Assembly (NCBI GenBank): GCA_011109175.1
Contig: RDEW01000073.1
Span: 107,604-171,603, forward strand
Reading direction: 5' to 3'
DNA: 64,000 bases
Origin: Dicyema japonicum
Taxonomy: Eukaryota > Animalia > Dicyemida
This document shows, piece by piece, positions 49,791-60,640 of the stretch (its first letter is position 1; every line of letters begins with the position of its first letter). Made by a program: the position numbers and the translations under genes. The notes under the pieces are model-generated. The model made no database searches. It was not told where the DNA came from and saw only the letters and a program-made list of their open reading frames with translations.

Positions 49791-51239
49791 AAAGAAATTG
49801 CCAATCCTCCTGAGCCCGTTGTAGCTACGTGAGGCAGTTAAATAAGCCAACTACTACGCTAAAAATTTAACACAGATTATCAATATTTGTAATGGCATAG
49901 CAGAGTTTATGTGGAAGAAAAATAAACCAACAAATTCGATGCAATACTAGAGAGAAAACATTATCTTGAGCTTCCAACAACACGCTAAATATTAAATATT
50001 AATTAAAAACTTTAATATTAATTTTTATTTATAGGGGAAATTAAATATTAACTGATGCACCCATTATCCTGTCCTGGAGGCACTCAACATGGCTTTGATA
50101 TCGAATGATCTTAATTTCTGCCCTCCTAAAGAAATTGCCTTATGCCTAAACAAGCAAATTGTGGCAAACAAATAAAGTTATAAATTTATTTAGATATTAA
50201 ATAAAATAAAAGTAAACTGTATATAATTGACGTTATTCAGGCAGATTTATCATGACAGTGCTTTGATGGACAAGTGAGTGTGATCACTACAATGAAACAT
50301 AACATAATACAATCAATCAGTCGTGGGTCACAGCTATAGCCCTTGTGGGAGACAACACTATTCTTACTACAATTAGTAGAGAAAATATCTCCCCAAGAAT
50401 TAATCTAACTAATCAATCATTCCAACCTGCAGAATGTCAGGAAACTTACAGTCAGATGGAATCATAGTCATCCCAACTACTGATGACACACTAGAATACA
50501 CCACCCTACCAACCTAGCCATCTCCCCAAAATACCCAGACTTTTCACTCTCCACCAAAGTACCACCGAAAAAGTCAAGACTGAGCACGTCGCATCTCTTA
50601 GAATCCCTAACACACAAAATATGCTTATCTCCACAAAAAATGTCGCTTATAATGGGACATCTAAAGTCACAACTCCACGTAACAATCTAAATCGAATAAT
50701 AAGGCTACTGGAAATTCCGGCATCCTTGAATCAAAGGCAAAGATCCCTGAGTATGTGATGGCCAGGGAGAGAAAAGAGTTATCTTCGATCACGTGGGTTT
50801 TTAAAATTTTATTGATATTTTTTTTATTTAATAAAAATATATTTTTATCAATCTAATTTTTAAATATTAAATAAACTCTCAAATCTACCAAACCCATGTT
50901 GATGTTGTTGGCGAACAGGGCTATCCTAGGATGTCCAAAATACTGGGCCTCACACCACTGCCTGGAAGAATCATCCATAAACTGGAACGTGGAGACAGAA
51001 GATTGACTGCGGTAAAATGTAAAACTACCTTTTAATGTCATAAAGTCCGAGATAAAGGCCGGCGTTAGCTACTAAGCACTCCTCTCCTATAAATTCGCTG
51101 TTAACGGCCAACGATTACTTTATATGGGCGCTCGTTGGTCTTGTTTTTGCAAAGATTCCCTCAAAAGGGGAGTGATCCACCATTATTGATACACATCGCG
51201 GAAGACACACAGCACACACTAAATTAGATAATAATTAAA

Positions 51240-51706
51240 ATTATAAACCGTTCTTGTGTTGAATATAACAAGTTTCTATCCCATACACCGGCAAGTCGAA
51301 CGTGTAGTCTTTTAAAAGAGTAATTCTATTATCGCTTATTTTGTAATAATCTAATAAATCAGTGAATTACTTATTTTATTCGATACGACTGATAATAAAC
51401 CATTATTATTGTAATTTCTTAGTAAATTGCTCACGTGGCTTTCATAAAATGTTGAATTTTTGGAATTTCTTACTATTGCAATTAAATAAAATATTTTACT
51501 CGTTTTGTTAGAGAGTTGTAAACTAATGCGGGTTTTCTTCTATACGACAAATGGAAGGTTTCGCTGAAAGGGTTTTTTTGCTTTAGAAGAACACCATTTT
51601 TGTTGATGGCAACATCTCCACATGATCCAAATTCTTCTATCAGTTTTGAGGACGGTAAATTTCTATTTTCATTCGCAGACAAAATTAGATCCACATCACA
51701 TTCCAT
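51240..51706 (-). CDS. Hypothetical small protein, probably with mini-introns
   Basis: ATG-initiated 74-aa ORF flanked by an AT-rich spacer, with GT..AG segments of ~20-27 nt downstream. I could not restore one frame. Confidence 0.3.
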
Positions 51707-51803
51707 GTGTTTTATTTAAATTTAATTAAATTCTATTTAAATATTAAAACAACTAGTTTTTATCTTTAAATTTAATTAAATTCTATTTAAATATTAAAAC
51801 AAC

Positions 51804-52158
51804 GCAACTTGTGCAGACACGTTCTCATGCACGAATATTTTTAAATCGGTTCAGACACCTGGAGCAGCTGCTTCGACTGCGGAGAACCTAAAAATCAAGA
51901 AATATTCTTGCCTCGGGGATCGCTACCGATTTACTCCTGTTGCGACCGAATCATCGGGAGCCGTTGGTCTAATGACTGCTGAGTTCTTGCGAGAACTCGG
52001 AGGATTGCTTGCCAGAAAGAAAAGGGATCAACGAGAAGGGTTATGGCTAAGACAAAAGATTGGAATAGCCATACTCCGAGGGAACTAGTTCGCAATCCAC
52101 GCAGCAGGCTTCCACAACTGACATTTGTTTAATTGTTAAAAAAATTTCTTAAAAAAAA
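51804..52158 (+). mobile_element. 5'-truncated CRE-like insertion with ~26-bp TSD
   Basis: RLE C-terminus (FTPVATESSGAVG), A-rich tail; ATTAAAACAACTAGTTTTTATCTTTA at 51743 and 52159. Confidence 0.87.
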
Positions 52159-52404
52159 ATTAAAACAACTAGTTTTTATCTTTAATTAATTAATAAACTC
52201 CATCGACCAACTAGAATACATAGCGGCCTATTTTGAAAAACTTCTAATGCTCCCGGATAAATATTCGATTGTGTGCATGGACACTCCACACAATTAGAAA
52301 AATCAATTACCTTTGAGAAAGGGAAATGGACAAAGTGAAAAATGGTCGTTTCCATGGACCAGGAAACATCGACCTGAGTTCATAAAATATGGACCCCATG
52401 TGTT

Positions 52405-52860
52405 AGTTAGTTAGTTAAAAGCTCCTTGAGCCATGATTTACAGCCATTCTCCTCGTCATCCTCGCCCACGTCAATCTGTTTCTGGCCCTCATTCAAATAT
52501 CATCAAGGTCGTCTGCTGTCACCAATTTACGACCGATTGTTCCGTAATCATCTTTTAAGCAAATTGGAAGTGTATTTCTTGGTCTGCCTCGAAATCCGTG
52601 ACTTCCGGTGCAGTAGAAATATTCTTCCATTATTCTGTTACACAGCGTAGTCGGGTCCAGTCTAAGAATAAGTCCAAATATTTGCCATCTCGATAGAATA
52701 ACGTCATGATAATCGATGTAGATTTACATAGAGCATATAGTTTCTCCTTTGAGAAATTTCTCGGCCGATGATTCCAGTCAGTATGCGCAGTCGGGTTCTG
52801 TGGAAAGTATCTAGCCTCTTTAAATCGTTTTTTGAGGTTCCCAATGTTCCCTGTGCTAAT
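52405..52860 (-). mobile_element. RTE 3' fragment with (TAAC)n tail
   Basis: gttagttagttag tail on the + strand; homology to the C-terminal RTE ORFs at 6956 and 11113. Confidence 0.75.
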
Positions 52861-53974
52861 TGATAAAATTAAAATACTTCTAAATTCTGTTTTCCAGAAA
52901 ATCTGGACTAATAATACCTTTCCAGAAACTAAACAAGCCAGTTGGCCTAGTGGAGAGCCTACCCTCCCCCATAATCTTGCTCACTAGCATTGGTTACACT
53001 GAATCGCGTCAATGATCGAGTGGACGACTATCTCGCACCAATTCATGGTGGATTCAGGACTGGGAGATCAACTACTGATATAGTATGGAGTCACAAATGG
53101 CCCTGCCTGTAAATCAAAGATACCAAACGCATTGTGAATTTTGTTTCTTGAGTTCCCTCGAAGTTTGTTTACGTTCAATTTTAACATGTTTTTTATTTCC
53201 TTGTCGTTAGTATCAATTTACCGTTAAAAAGTCTTTTGCTTTTTTGCCATTTCGACAACGTGATCATATTTGTGTTTTGTTGTTCTGATATTTTTTGTCC
53301 ATGTTTTTTCTTCAGGCAGGAATTTGGTGATAGCGTGGGACTACTTATCCCTCATTATCTTTGAGATAACCAACTTTTCGACTGAGTATTTAATTTCTTG
53401 GACTCGGGGCTTCCTTCGGAATAAGTCCTTTAGGGCCTTCCCTTGGTGGACTCGTTCTCTCTAAAAATAGATTTTCCGAAGAAACTTTTTAGACAGGTGA
53501 CAATCAATTTGGTCTGTGAATTTAAGCGCTGACTTAAGACCAAGAGTCAATCAGTCGACGTATTCTCCATTTTTGTTTTCCATAACCCCCATTCCACTTG
53601 GTTCTATGACGTACCGCATTTCTAGGCCAGTTGTAATTCAGCCGTTTTACAGCAAATCATTGTAGGAGTTTAGCTCATTCACATTGCTCAGCCATCCACT
53701 TGATTGAGCAACTGTTCTGGGTACCTATCTACTTAAAAAACTGTCATTTCACTCAGACACTCCTTTGATGATCACTTCAACAAATTTTATTGATCACGTA
53801 GTTTAATCAAAACCACTCTTAAAATCATCGTGAGTTAATTTCAGATATTCGAAAATCCACTAAGTGATCCTACCAAATAGGCAAAACCACTAACAGCTAA
53901 ATCAAGTCAATAAAAATGAAAAAATTCAATAAATCAAAAAAAAACCACAAAAGAAATTAAAAAACGGGATATTA

Positions 53975-56254
53975 TTAATCCATAAGCCGATTGAATTTGG
54001 AAATAAGCTCATCAATTTTAATCTCGACAGGCTTTCCACCTTCATCCCTACTCCTTACAGACACAGTGTCATTCTTCATCTCTTTGGGTCCCACAACTAC
54101 AATAAATGGACTCAGAACCAAGGATAAAGTTGTACTTTTGTTGATTAAACATAATCTTCTTACTCAAAGAGGATGTGTTGTCGATGTCCATATCACACAC
54201 AAATCCATTCATTTCGATAATCTCCCTCATTTTGCACGCGTAGTCGTTAGCAATCGGGTTCGCACTAGTCACAAAAGTTTGGAAGGGGGACAGCCAGAAG
54301 GGCCTAAATATGAATAATAACCCACCATTTTCCACAACAATGCTCGCAAAGTACACCAATCATCCTCTCTATCGACCCCAAAACAGTCCTGTGGATCATC
54401 ACTGGCCTCTCATCAGTCTGTTCGGCCCTAACAGTAAAATCATTGCCATACGATTTGTATAAAAGACCGAATCTCTCAGGAAGGACAAAGTCCAGCTGAA
54501 TGGTCCCGCACTGGTGAGGCCTTCCCATAGCGTCAGAGATGCAGATATCGATCTTGGGACCATAAAAGGCTCCGTCTTTTGGATTCACTGTGAACTCTAA
54601 CCCCGATTTTATCAATGCATTTTTGAGTTGCTGGAATAACACACTCTCATACATTCTCCGCATTGTTCCACACATCCAGATCCCCCAAGTAGACGTCGGG
54701 CCTGGTAGACAGAAAAAATTTGGCTTTGAAACCCATTTTTTTATACACGTACATAGTAAAGTCGATACAACTAGTTATCTCGTCCTCAATCTGACAATAT
54801 AGACAAAATATATGGGCGTCGTCCTGTTGAAACCGCCGGACACGTGTTAGCCCTGTCAATGCCCAAGAAATCTCGTTTCTGTGAAGAACCCCAAAGTCTG
54901 CCAGCCGCAGAGGAAGTTCTTTGTACGATGGGGGTCTGTGAGAGTACATGAGGCTACTATAATGACCCCAAAAACCAATGTCCCGGACAGTTCATGGGCT
55001 TCAGGCCAAACAGGACTCCATCACAGTCGACTTTGAACATGTCCTTTGCGTAGTGATCCCAATGACCAGATATCTCCCATAATTTGCTGCTAAAATGTTG
55101 GGGACACGACCTCATGGAATCCTCTCTTCACATACTGTGACTGGATAAAGGAGACCAGTCTTTTCTAGATAATCGCTCCCTTTGGCAAGAAAAAACAAGA
55201 CCCCAGGGACAAATGGTGGAAGAAGAAAAGCTCTTGTTGCTGCACGTGGTATAAAATATACCTTGCCCACATTTCTGTGGTCGTACTTCACAGCCTTCTC
55301 AATGCACTCGTTGTACTTGTCTACCTGTTCTTTTGAGGGGAAAGAAATCCCGTACAATCTCTGTAAACTATCATTTTCCGCATTCCCCTTCCAGAAAGTG
55401 GACGAGGTCTACACATCAGTGCACCAGTACATTCAAGATCTGGTTGTTAAAAACCTTCCCCGTATTCCTCACATGGGGTCCTCGACAAAGGTCGATCAGC
55501 CCACCACATCTATATACAGTAAATGTCTTCTCCTCCGGCTTATCATTTATTATCTCCAATTTGAATTTGTTGTACTACATAACCACTAAGACAACCTTGA
55601 ATAGTTCGATAATGTCCTCTCTCTTGGCCACCATTCTTTCAAAAGGGTACGACCTGTTAGTGATGCTGTCCACCATCATCTTTATTTCATTCACGGCAGT
55701 GTCATCAAATGTCTGCTTGACTGTCTGAGAACTCCCGTTTTGTCTAAAATGAGAATTGGTCTCTTACTTTAGATCGGGGAGAAAAAAGTCGTAGAAGAAG
55801 TTCTTTTCTGTAGGCGGACCCACACAAAGAAGAGATCCGGGATAATACATCTCGACTGCATGTCCGAACACGTGGGCTGTGCTGTGCCAGAACACTTGCG
55901 TCCCTCAGGGTCGTCGAATGTGAAGAACTTTATCTCGCAGTCATCCTCCAATGGCCGTTCGAGGTCCCAAAGGGTCTGGTCCACCTTGGCGATAATGATG
56001 TCCTCAGAGTACATCGACTTCCTGAATTTAAGGGAATCCATACATTTCCAAAATGTCCAAAGGTGTGGTCTTCCATGACATACCAGTGAATGTTTCTCCT
56101 CCAGGCAGAGTAACGCAGATTTGCTTGCTTGGCTGTGAAGAGATGAATTCCTCATGTTTAGCCAGCAATTCGTTGAATTTGTCGTATCTTTCAGGCAAAT
56201 AGTTAAGAAGTGGATCAGACTAAGTAAATAAACAAATCCTACTTCACTAGCCAT
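53975..56254 (-). CDS. TARS1: Threonyl-tRNA synthetase (eukaryotic cytosolic type), ~11 mini-introns; apparent lesions (frameshifts near 55903 and 55095, in-frame TAG at 55165-55167)
   Basis: [114 protein letters not shown]. Confidence 0.93.
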
Positions 56255-57802
56255 TTGCAGCGTAGACTATTATTTTTATTAAATCAAAAATAACCAATTG
56301 AATTAAAAATTTTAAATTATTTTATTTTTTTACATTTACAATTCACTACGGTCCCTCTTAGGACAGAAATTGTCTAAGGAAACGTTTTATGAAAAATGTT
56401 CCACAGAAAAATCTGTTAAACACTGTGACGCGCTTCCTAAAAAGCTTAAAAAACAGACATTGAAGTTCTATTACAGACATCGAAGTTCCAAAAAATCTTG
56501 GAACTCTTAGAGAAATGAAATAAAACATTTTACTTGTAAGAATGTCTGTAGAAAGCCAATGGGAATTACTTAAATTGTTATTTTCTATTCGGAAAATATG
56601 TAATTTTATTTAAATCCTTTTTCGGAAATTCAAATTTTTAATTTATCGAATTTTCTTGATTTTGACGATCCATAGAAACCGACTTAACTATCAACATGAC
56701 AACGTGATTCAGTTATGTGAAGTAAATCCCCAATCGCCTTTGAAACCTCTAGAGCGGTTGGATGTATTAGTAAAAAAGTCATCAATAAAATTGGGAACGA
56801 AATCGAGATGCTACTAAAAGGTCCTTGTGAACAAAAATGGTTCTCTCCGCGCCCTGGAATCTCCCTCTGCGGCAATGCTCATTGTCTCTTAGCAGCTGGC
56901 GCCTGATTTGTTTCTGTTTTATCATTAAAAATCCATTGGCTGTGTTTCGTAGCAATTTCTGTTAACTTGTCAGTAATCACACAAAACTGACATTTAATGA
57001 TGTGCCACGTGCAATAAGTGAATGATTGTTATTTCCTTAGTTATGGGTACCATTTTTATTAGTCAAATTTATTTCTTTATCCGCATCCCCCCATTTTTGT
57101 CAATTTAAAATACTTTTTAGGAAAGATTTCTCAAATCATACCCCAATCCATATATCCCCCAATACTATGCAATGAAATTGTCTCCATAGACCAGAACGAA
57201 ATAATTATGTGATCTCGACACACACCATATAGCCCTCAACTTGGTTTAATGTCCCTCCATTGAGCCCCAAAAGTAGACTGAGAACTGTCCAATCATGACG
57301 AAACAACACTAACCTGTTCAGACGAATCAGGATGGTAGGTAATTAAAAACCACTTGTGTGACTAAAGGAATCAATACTACATTCAAAAAATTAATTGAAA
57401 ATTATGTTTCAAGGACATAAACCATTTGATGCCTATGATATAATTATAAATTACGCTTCATTGAACTAATTTAAACCACGTGTATAAACGATTAGACATA
57501 ATTTTAATTACAAAGTAGGGGATCAATCGATAACACAGAAATTAGTTGAATTAAGAGATTGCCTAGTCAAGGGCCACTTTACTCGTACTTAAAGTAAAAT
57601 TGTTTCCCCCCTTAAAATAATATTAACGATTCCTCCACTAGTCTTATAATCACTTTCCCTAATATCACTATTCCTTCCATTATTAGACAAGGGATATCAA
57701 TCAAAAATCATTAAACAAATATAAGCCTCCCCCAATTAATATCTTAGTCGTGAAACAACCACTTCCCCCTAATTATAATTGATTTCCAATAATCACCAAG
57801 CT

Positions 57803-58477
57803 TTATTTTAATAATTTAATCCGATTAATCTCATCAGATAAAAAATCAATATCCTCCAAAACTGAGTAATAGGACCTCTCCAGGTCTTCTATCTCCGACC
57901 TGATGCAATTGCACATCTCATAGGTCTTCCTTTTCTGTCCCCTCACTTTATTCCTGTATTTCTGTGCCGCCAATCTGTTCTGTTCCCTTCGACGGTCGCT
58001 CTTTTCAGAATTTGTTGCTCTGAGTCTCTGATTGTCAATAATCACACTGGAGAGACACATGGGCGGGGAAAGACAAACATCATTGGAGTTCTCCACAATT
58101 TCCGGGATCTCAAAGTGGTTTGGTGGTCCATTTTCGTAAAAGTTAGGGAAGTTGCAGTACTCCTCTATGAAATTAGGGACCTCAAGGTTGGGTGAAAGCT
58201 CATTTTTGAAATGATTGTAAAAGTTGTCGCATTCCTCCAATGATTCAGGGACCTGAAAGTCGGGTGACAGCTCATTTTTAAAGGAATTCAGGATATTGTC
58301 GTACTCTTCCAAGTAGTAGTTGTAATTATCCTCACGTAGAAAAAAACTTGGATGGAAATAATTAATATCTTCTTCAGGTAAATAGTCATCGTGTGACTTA
58401 TAAAGGAATGGCTCGAAGAACTCCGAGTCATTCCAGGGTGAGTCTTTTTGAGTAAAATTGTTTAGATTCATATTCAA
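57803..58477 (-). CDS. bZIP transcription factor (Fos/ATF-like basic region), intronless, with three 24-aa acidic repeats
   Basis: 224-aa ORF with RRREQNRLAAQKYRNK followed by a heptad-like zipper. Confidence 0.82.
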   Translation of the reverse strand: MNMNLNNFTQKDSPWNDSEFFEPFLYKSHDDYLPEEDINYFHPSFFLREDNYNYYLEEYDNILNSFKNELSPDFQVPESLEECDNFYNHFKNELSPNLEVPNFIEEYCNFPNFYENGPPNHFEIPEIVENSNDVCLSPPMCLSSVIIDNQRLRATNSEKSDRRREQNRLAAQKYRNKVRGQKRKTYEMCNCIRSEIEDLERSYYSVLEDIDFLSDEINRIKLLK

Positions 58478-58799
58478 TAAAAGTTAAGTACATTTTGAAA
58501 CTGTAAAAATTTTGGAAAAAAGAATCAACTAACAACACATAACCGACACAACGAATTTAGCAATATTGTCAGGATAAGAAAATTTTATTTATTATTAGGT
58601 TAGCCAATATAAATTCCGTAAATTATTATAAATATAAATAAATTAAATTAAAAAAATATATTGATTAATTAAACTTATGGAAAGGTCCCATCTCCAATGC
58701 CTCTGGATTTCCTGATCCGCATGAATTATTGACTGGCCGCGTTGCGTCATGTGGTGCTATGTGGCTAGTTGGTCAAAAATTATTTTCCTTCCCTCCGAT

Positions 58800-58870
58800 G
58801 GCGTCATTGGACCCACCTTACTGAGGAGACGCCCAATGCCTGGCCTGGATCAAGAGGAACCAACTATTCT
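58800..58870 (+). ncRNA. Candidate degenerate HDV-like ribozyme
   Basis: GGCGTCA...CCACCTTACTGAGG AGACGCC...GAGGAACCAA; same layout as the 60574 copy. Confidence 0.4.
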
Positions 58871-59460
58871 TCCCCGCTGGACAATGTCGTTACCTGGAGA
58901 CAATTTCTGGAGCGCTGGAACAAGTCTGGATCAAGGAGTAGTTAGTTCGGTTACCCTTGGTCTTTGGAATAATTTTAATTTAACGACAGAAAGGCACCTA
59001 ATGTTCCTCCAAAGACAACCATTAAACATTTACCTCCGAGGATACTGTTTCCCCAGCGGCGCACACTTTAAGTTTCAACTACGCGGAAGGAACCCGTAGC
59101 CCACAGCAAGAAATGGACCACGGTTCTACAACTAAGTAAGGGGCAAAATATTGGAACTGCGCTATCTCCTGGTGGTTGAAGATCACGTGGCTTTATTCAA
59201 GAGACGAAACTCCCATTAAATAGTCCTACCCTGATGTTTCCTGGATTCAAGTCAATACGAACTAACCGGGAGAATTGGGGTGGTGGCCTACTCATTTTAT
59301 ATCGAAAAACCTTAAATGTGTGGACATCACTTCAGTGGAGAAGAATATCTTGGGTGACGACGATGTTACAAAAGTCAACGCAATCTCATTTGGAACTAAA
59401 AAACAGTTAGATCTTGGACTTCCAGTGTAAGTGATCTACATGATATGATTATTAACAACT
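58800..59460 (+). mobile_element. 5' fragment of Ingi/Vingi-like element
   Basis: Decayed 2A (RGRNP*P) then FIQETKL...FPGFKSIR...GGGLL of the APE domain. Confidence 0.65.
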
Positions 59461-59469
59461 GTTATAGCT

Positions 59470-60540
59470 TTCAATTCTGAAATCGCACTTGCTGTAGCTT
59501 TTGTAAGAAGGGGGTGATATGGTTGAGGCCTAGCTTGGAGAGGCATAAATTCCTTTTGTTGACAGAATACCTAGCTACCGCTAGAAGGACATTAGATTGT
59601 CGCTTTGTTTTAGTACACAGTCGTTCTACAAACATATGGAAGTATAAGCAGGCTTGACTTAGTTTGCCGGATAAGAAATTAGTGAGGAATGTCAAACTGG
59701 GGGATATTTGATCTTCTTTGAGACCGCATGAAAATGCGATCAAATAATTTGTTATGTAAATTGAACCCAGAGCAGTTCTTTTAAGTGAATATAGAATCTT
59801 TGAAACGTCGGCAATAAATATGGCAAGATAAAGAGGTGGGGTGAAGGGACGAAAGCCATATTGTGATTTGGGAAGGTTCAGATGGAAGGAAATCTGGTTA
59901 AAGCGCCTTCTGAAAAGTAGTCTCAAAAGTTCTGCAATATCCTTTTACCATACGATGGATAAGCTTACATCGCTAGCCATTCCAGAGGAGGAGGCCTGCC
60001 TTGTCCCCTGTAGTACCTCGTTTGTAGCCTTTTGATACAGGGGCACTTGCTATGGCTCGCCTTGTGTTCTTCCTCACCACAGTTCACGCACTTGAGAGAC
60101 TTGCCGCTTGTTTGACAAGCCTTCCGCGAATGTGGACTCCCGCAATTTAGGCACTTCTCTATAAAAGTGCATCGGTGGCTGGTGTGGCCGAATCCGTGGC
60201 ATCTGTACCATTGTGTTGCTGATTGTCGCTCCCGGGCCACACCGAACCTAAAGTAACCTATTTTTACCCTCTCAAGGCCGATTCTCTCTGTCTCAGCCTC
60301 GGATCTTAGCCAGAACTTCATGGTCTGTAGCTTTTTGCCCCCACTCTTGAAGCGCTCGATCTTGTGCGCTTCCTAATGTACTCGAGTACATCCTCATCAA
60401 CAAAGGTCAGAAGGATCCCAAAGACAAGTACTATCGAGTCCGATGCCCCGTGATATGTTATGTGCCCCGGGTCCAAAAAGTACCTTATTATTGACCTCAG
60501 CTTCAAAAGCTGAGGCGTCTTCCCTCAATAAAGGAACAAA
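59470..60540 (-). mobile_element. I/Jockey/R1-like element: gag-like ORF1 with three zinc knuckles fused to an RT remnant (APE deleted)
   Basis: YRCHGFGHTSHRC, CLNCGSPHSRKAC, CVNCGEEEHKASHSKC; QYGFR downstream. Confidence 0.75.
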
Positions 60541-60573
60541 ATAAGATTATTGTCTTAAGTCGATTATTAGCGT

Positions 60574-60640
60574 GGCGTCATGGGGTTCACCTGTTGCTGT
60601 GGTGGCGCTCAGTGAAAGTTCTACATAGAAGATAACCGTT
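60574..60640 (+). ncRNA. Candidate HDV-like ribozyme at the element 5' end
   Basis: P1 GGCGUCA/UGGCGCU (G.U at +1), P3 (U)CAC/GUG(G), L3 CUG able to pair with CAG, P4 UUCUA/UAGAA, GAAG-AUAA junction, P2 GGUU/AACC. Folded by eye only. Confidence 0.55.

Noticed and set aside
52860-53700. LTR gag-like or R4-like fragment
   Set aside because: It looks coding-derived, but no motif was firm enough to assign.
55165-55167. Genome-wide TAG stop-codon reassignment
   Set aside because: Single instance in a lesion-rich region; TAG terminates PAP and the K/E gene, and no other gene needs read-through.
56600-57100. hAT/BED-finger remnant
   Set aside because: Only a faint Cys/His pattern across stops; unsupported.
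57600-57790. Regulatory cluster of CCCC(T/A)AAT motifs downstream of the bZIP gene
   Set aside because: Four loose matches in AT-rich DNA; cannot be distinguished from chance without a background model.
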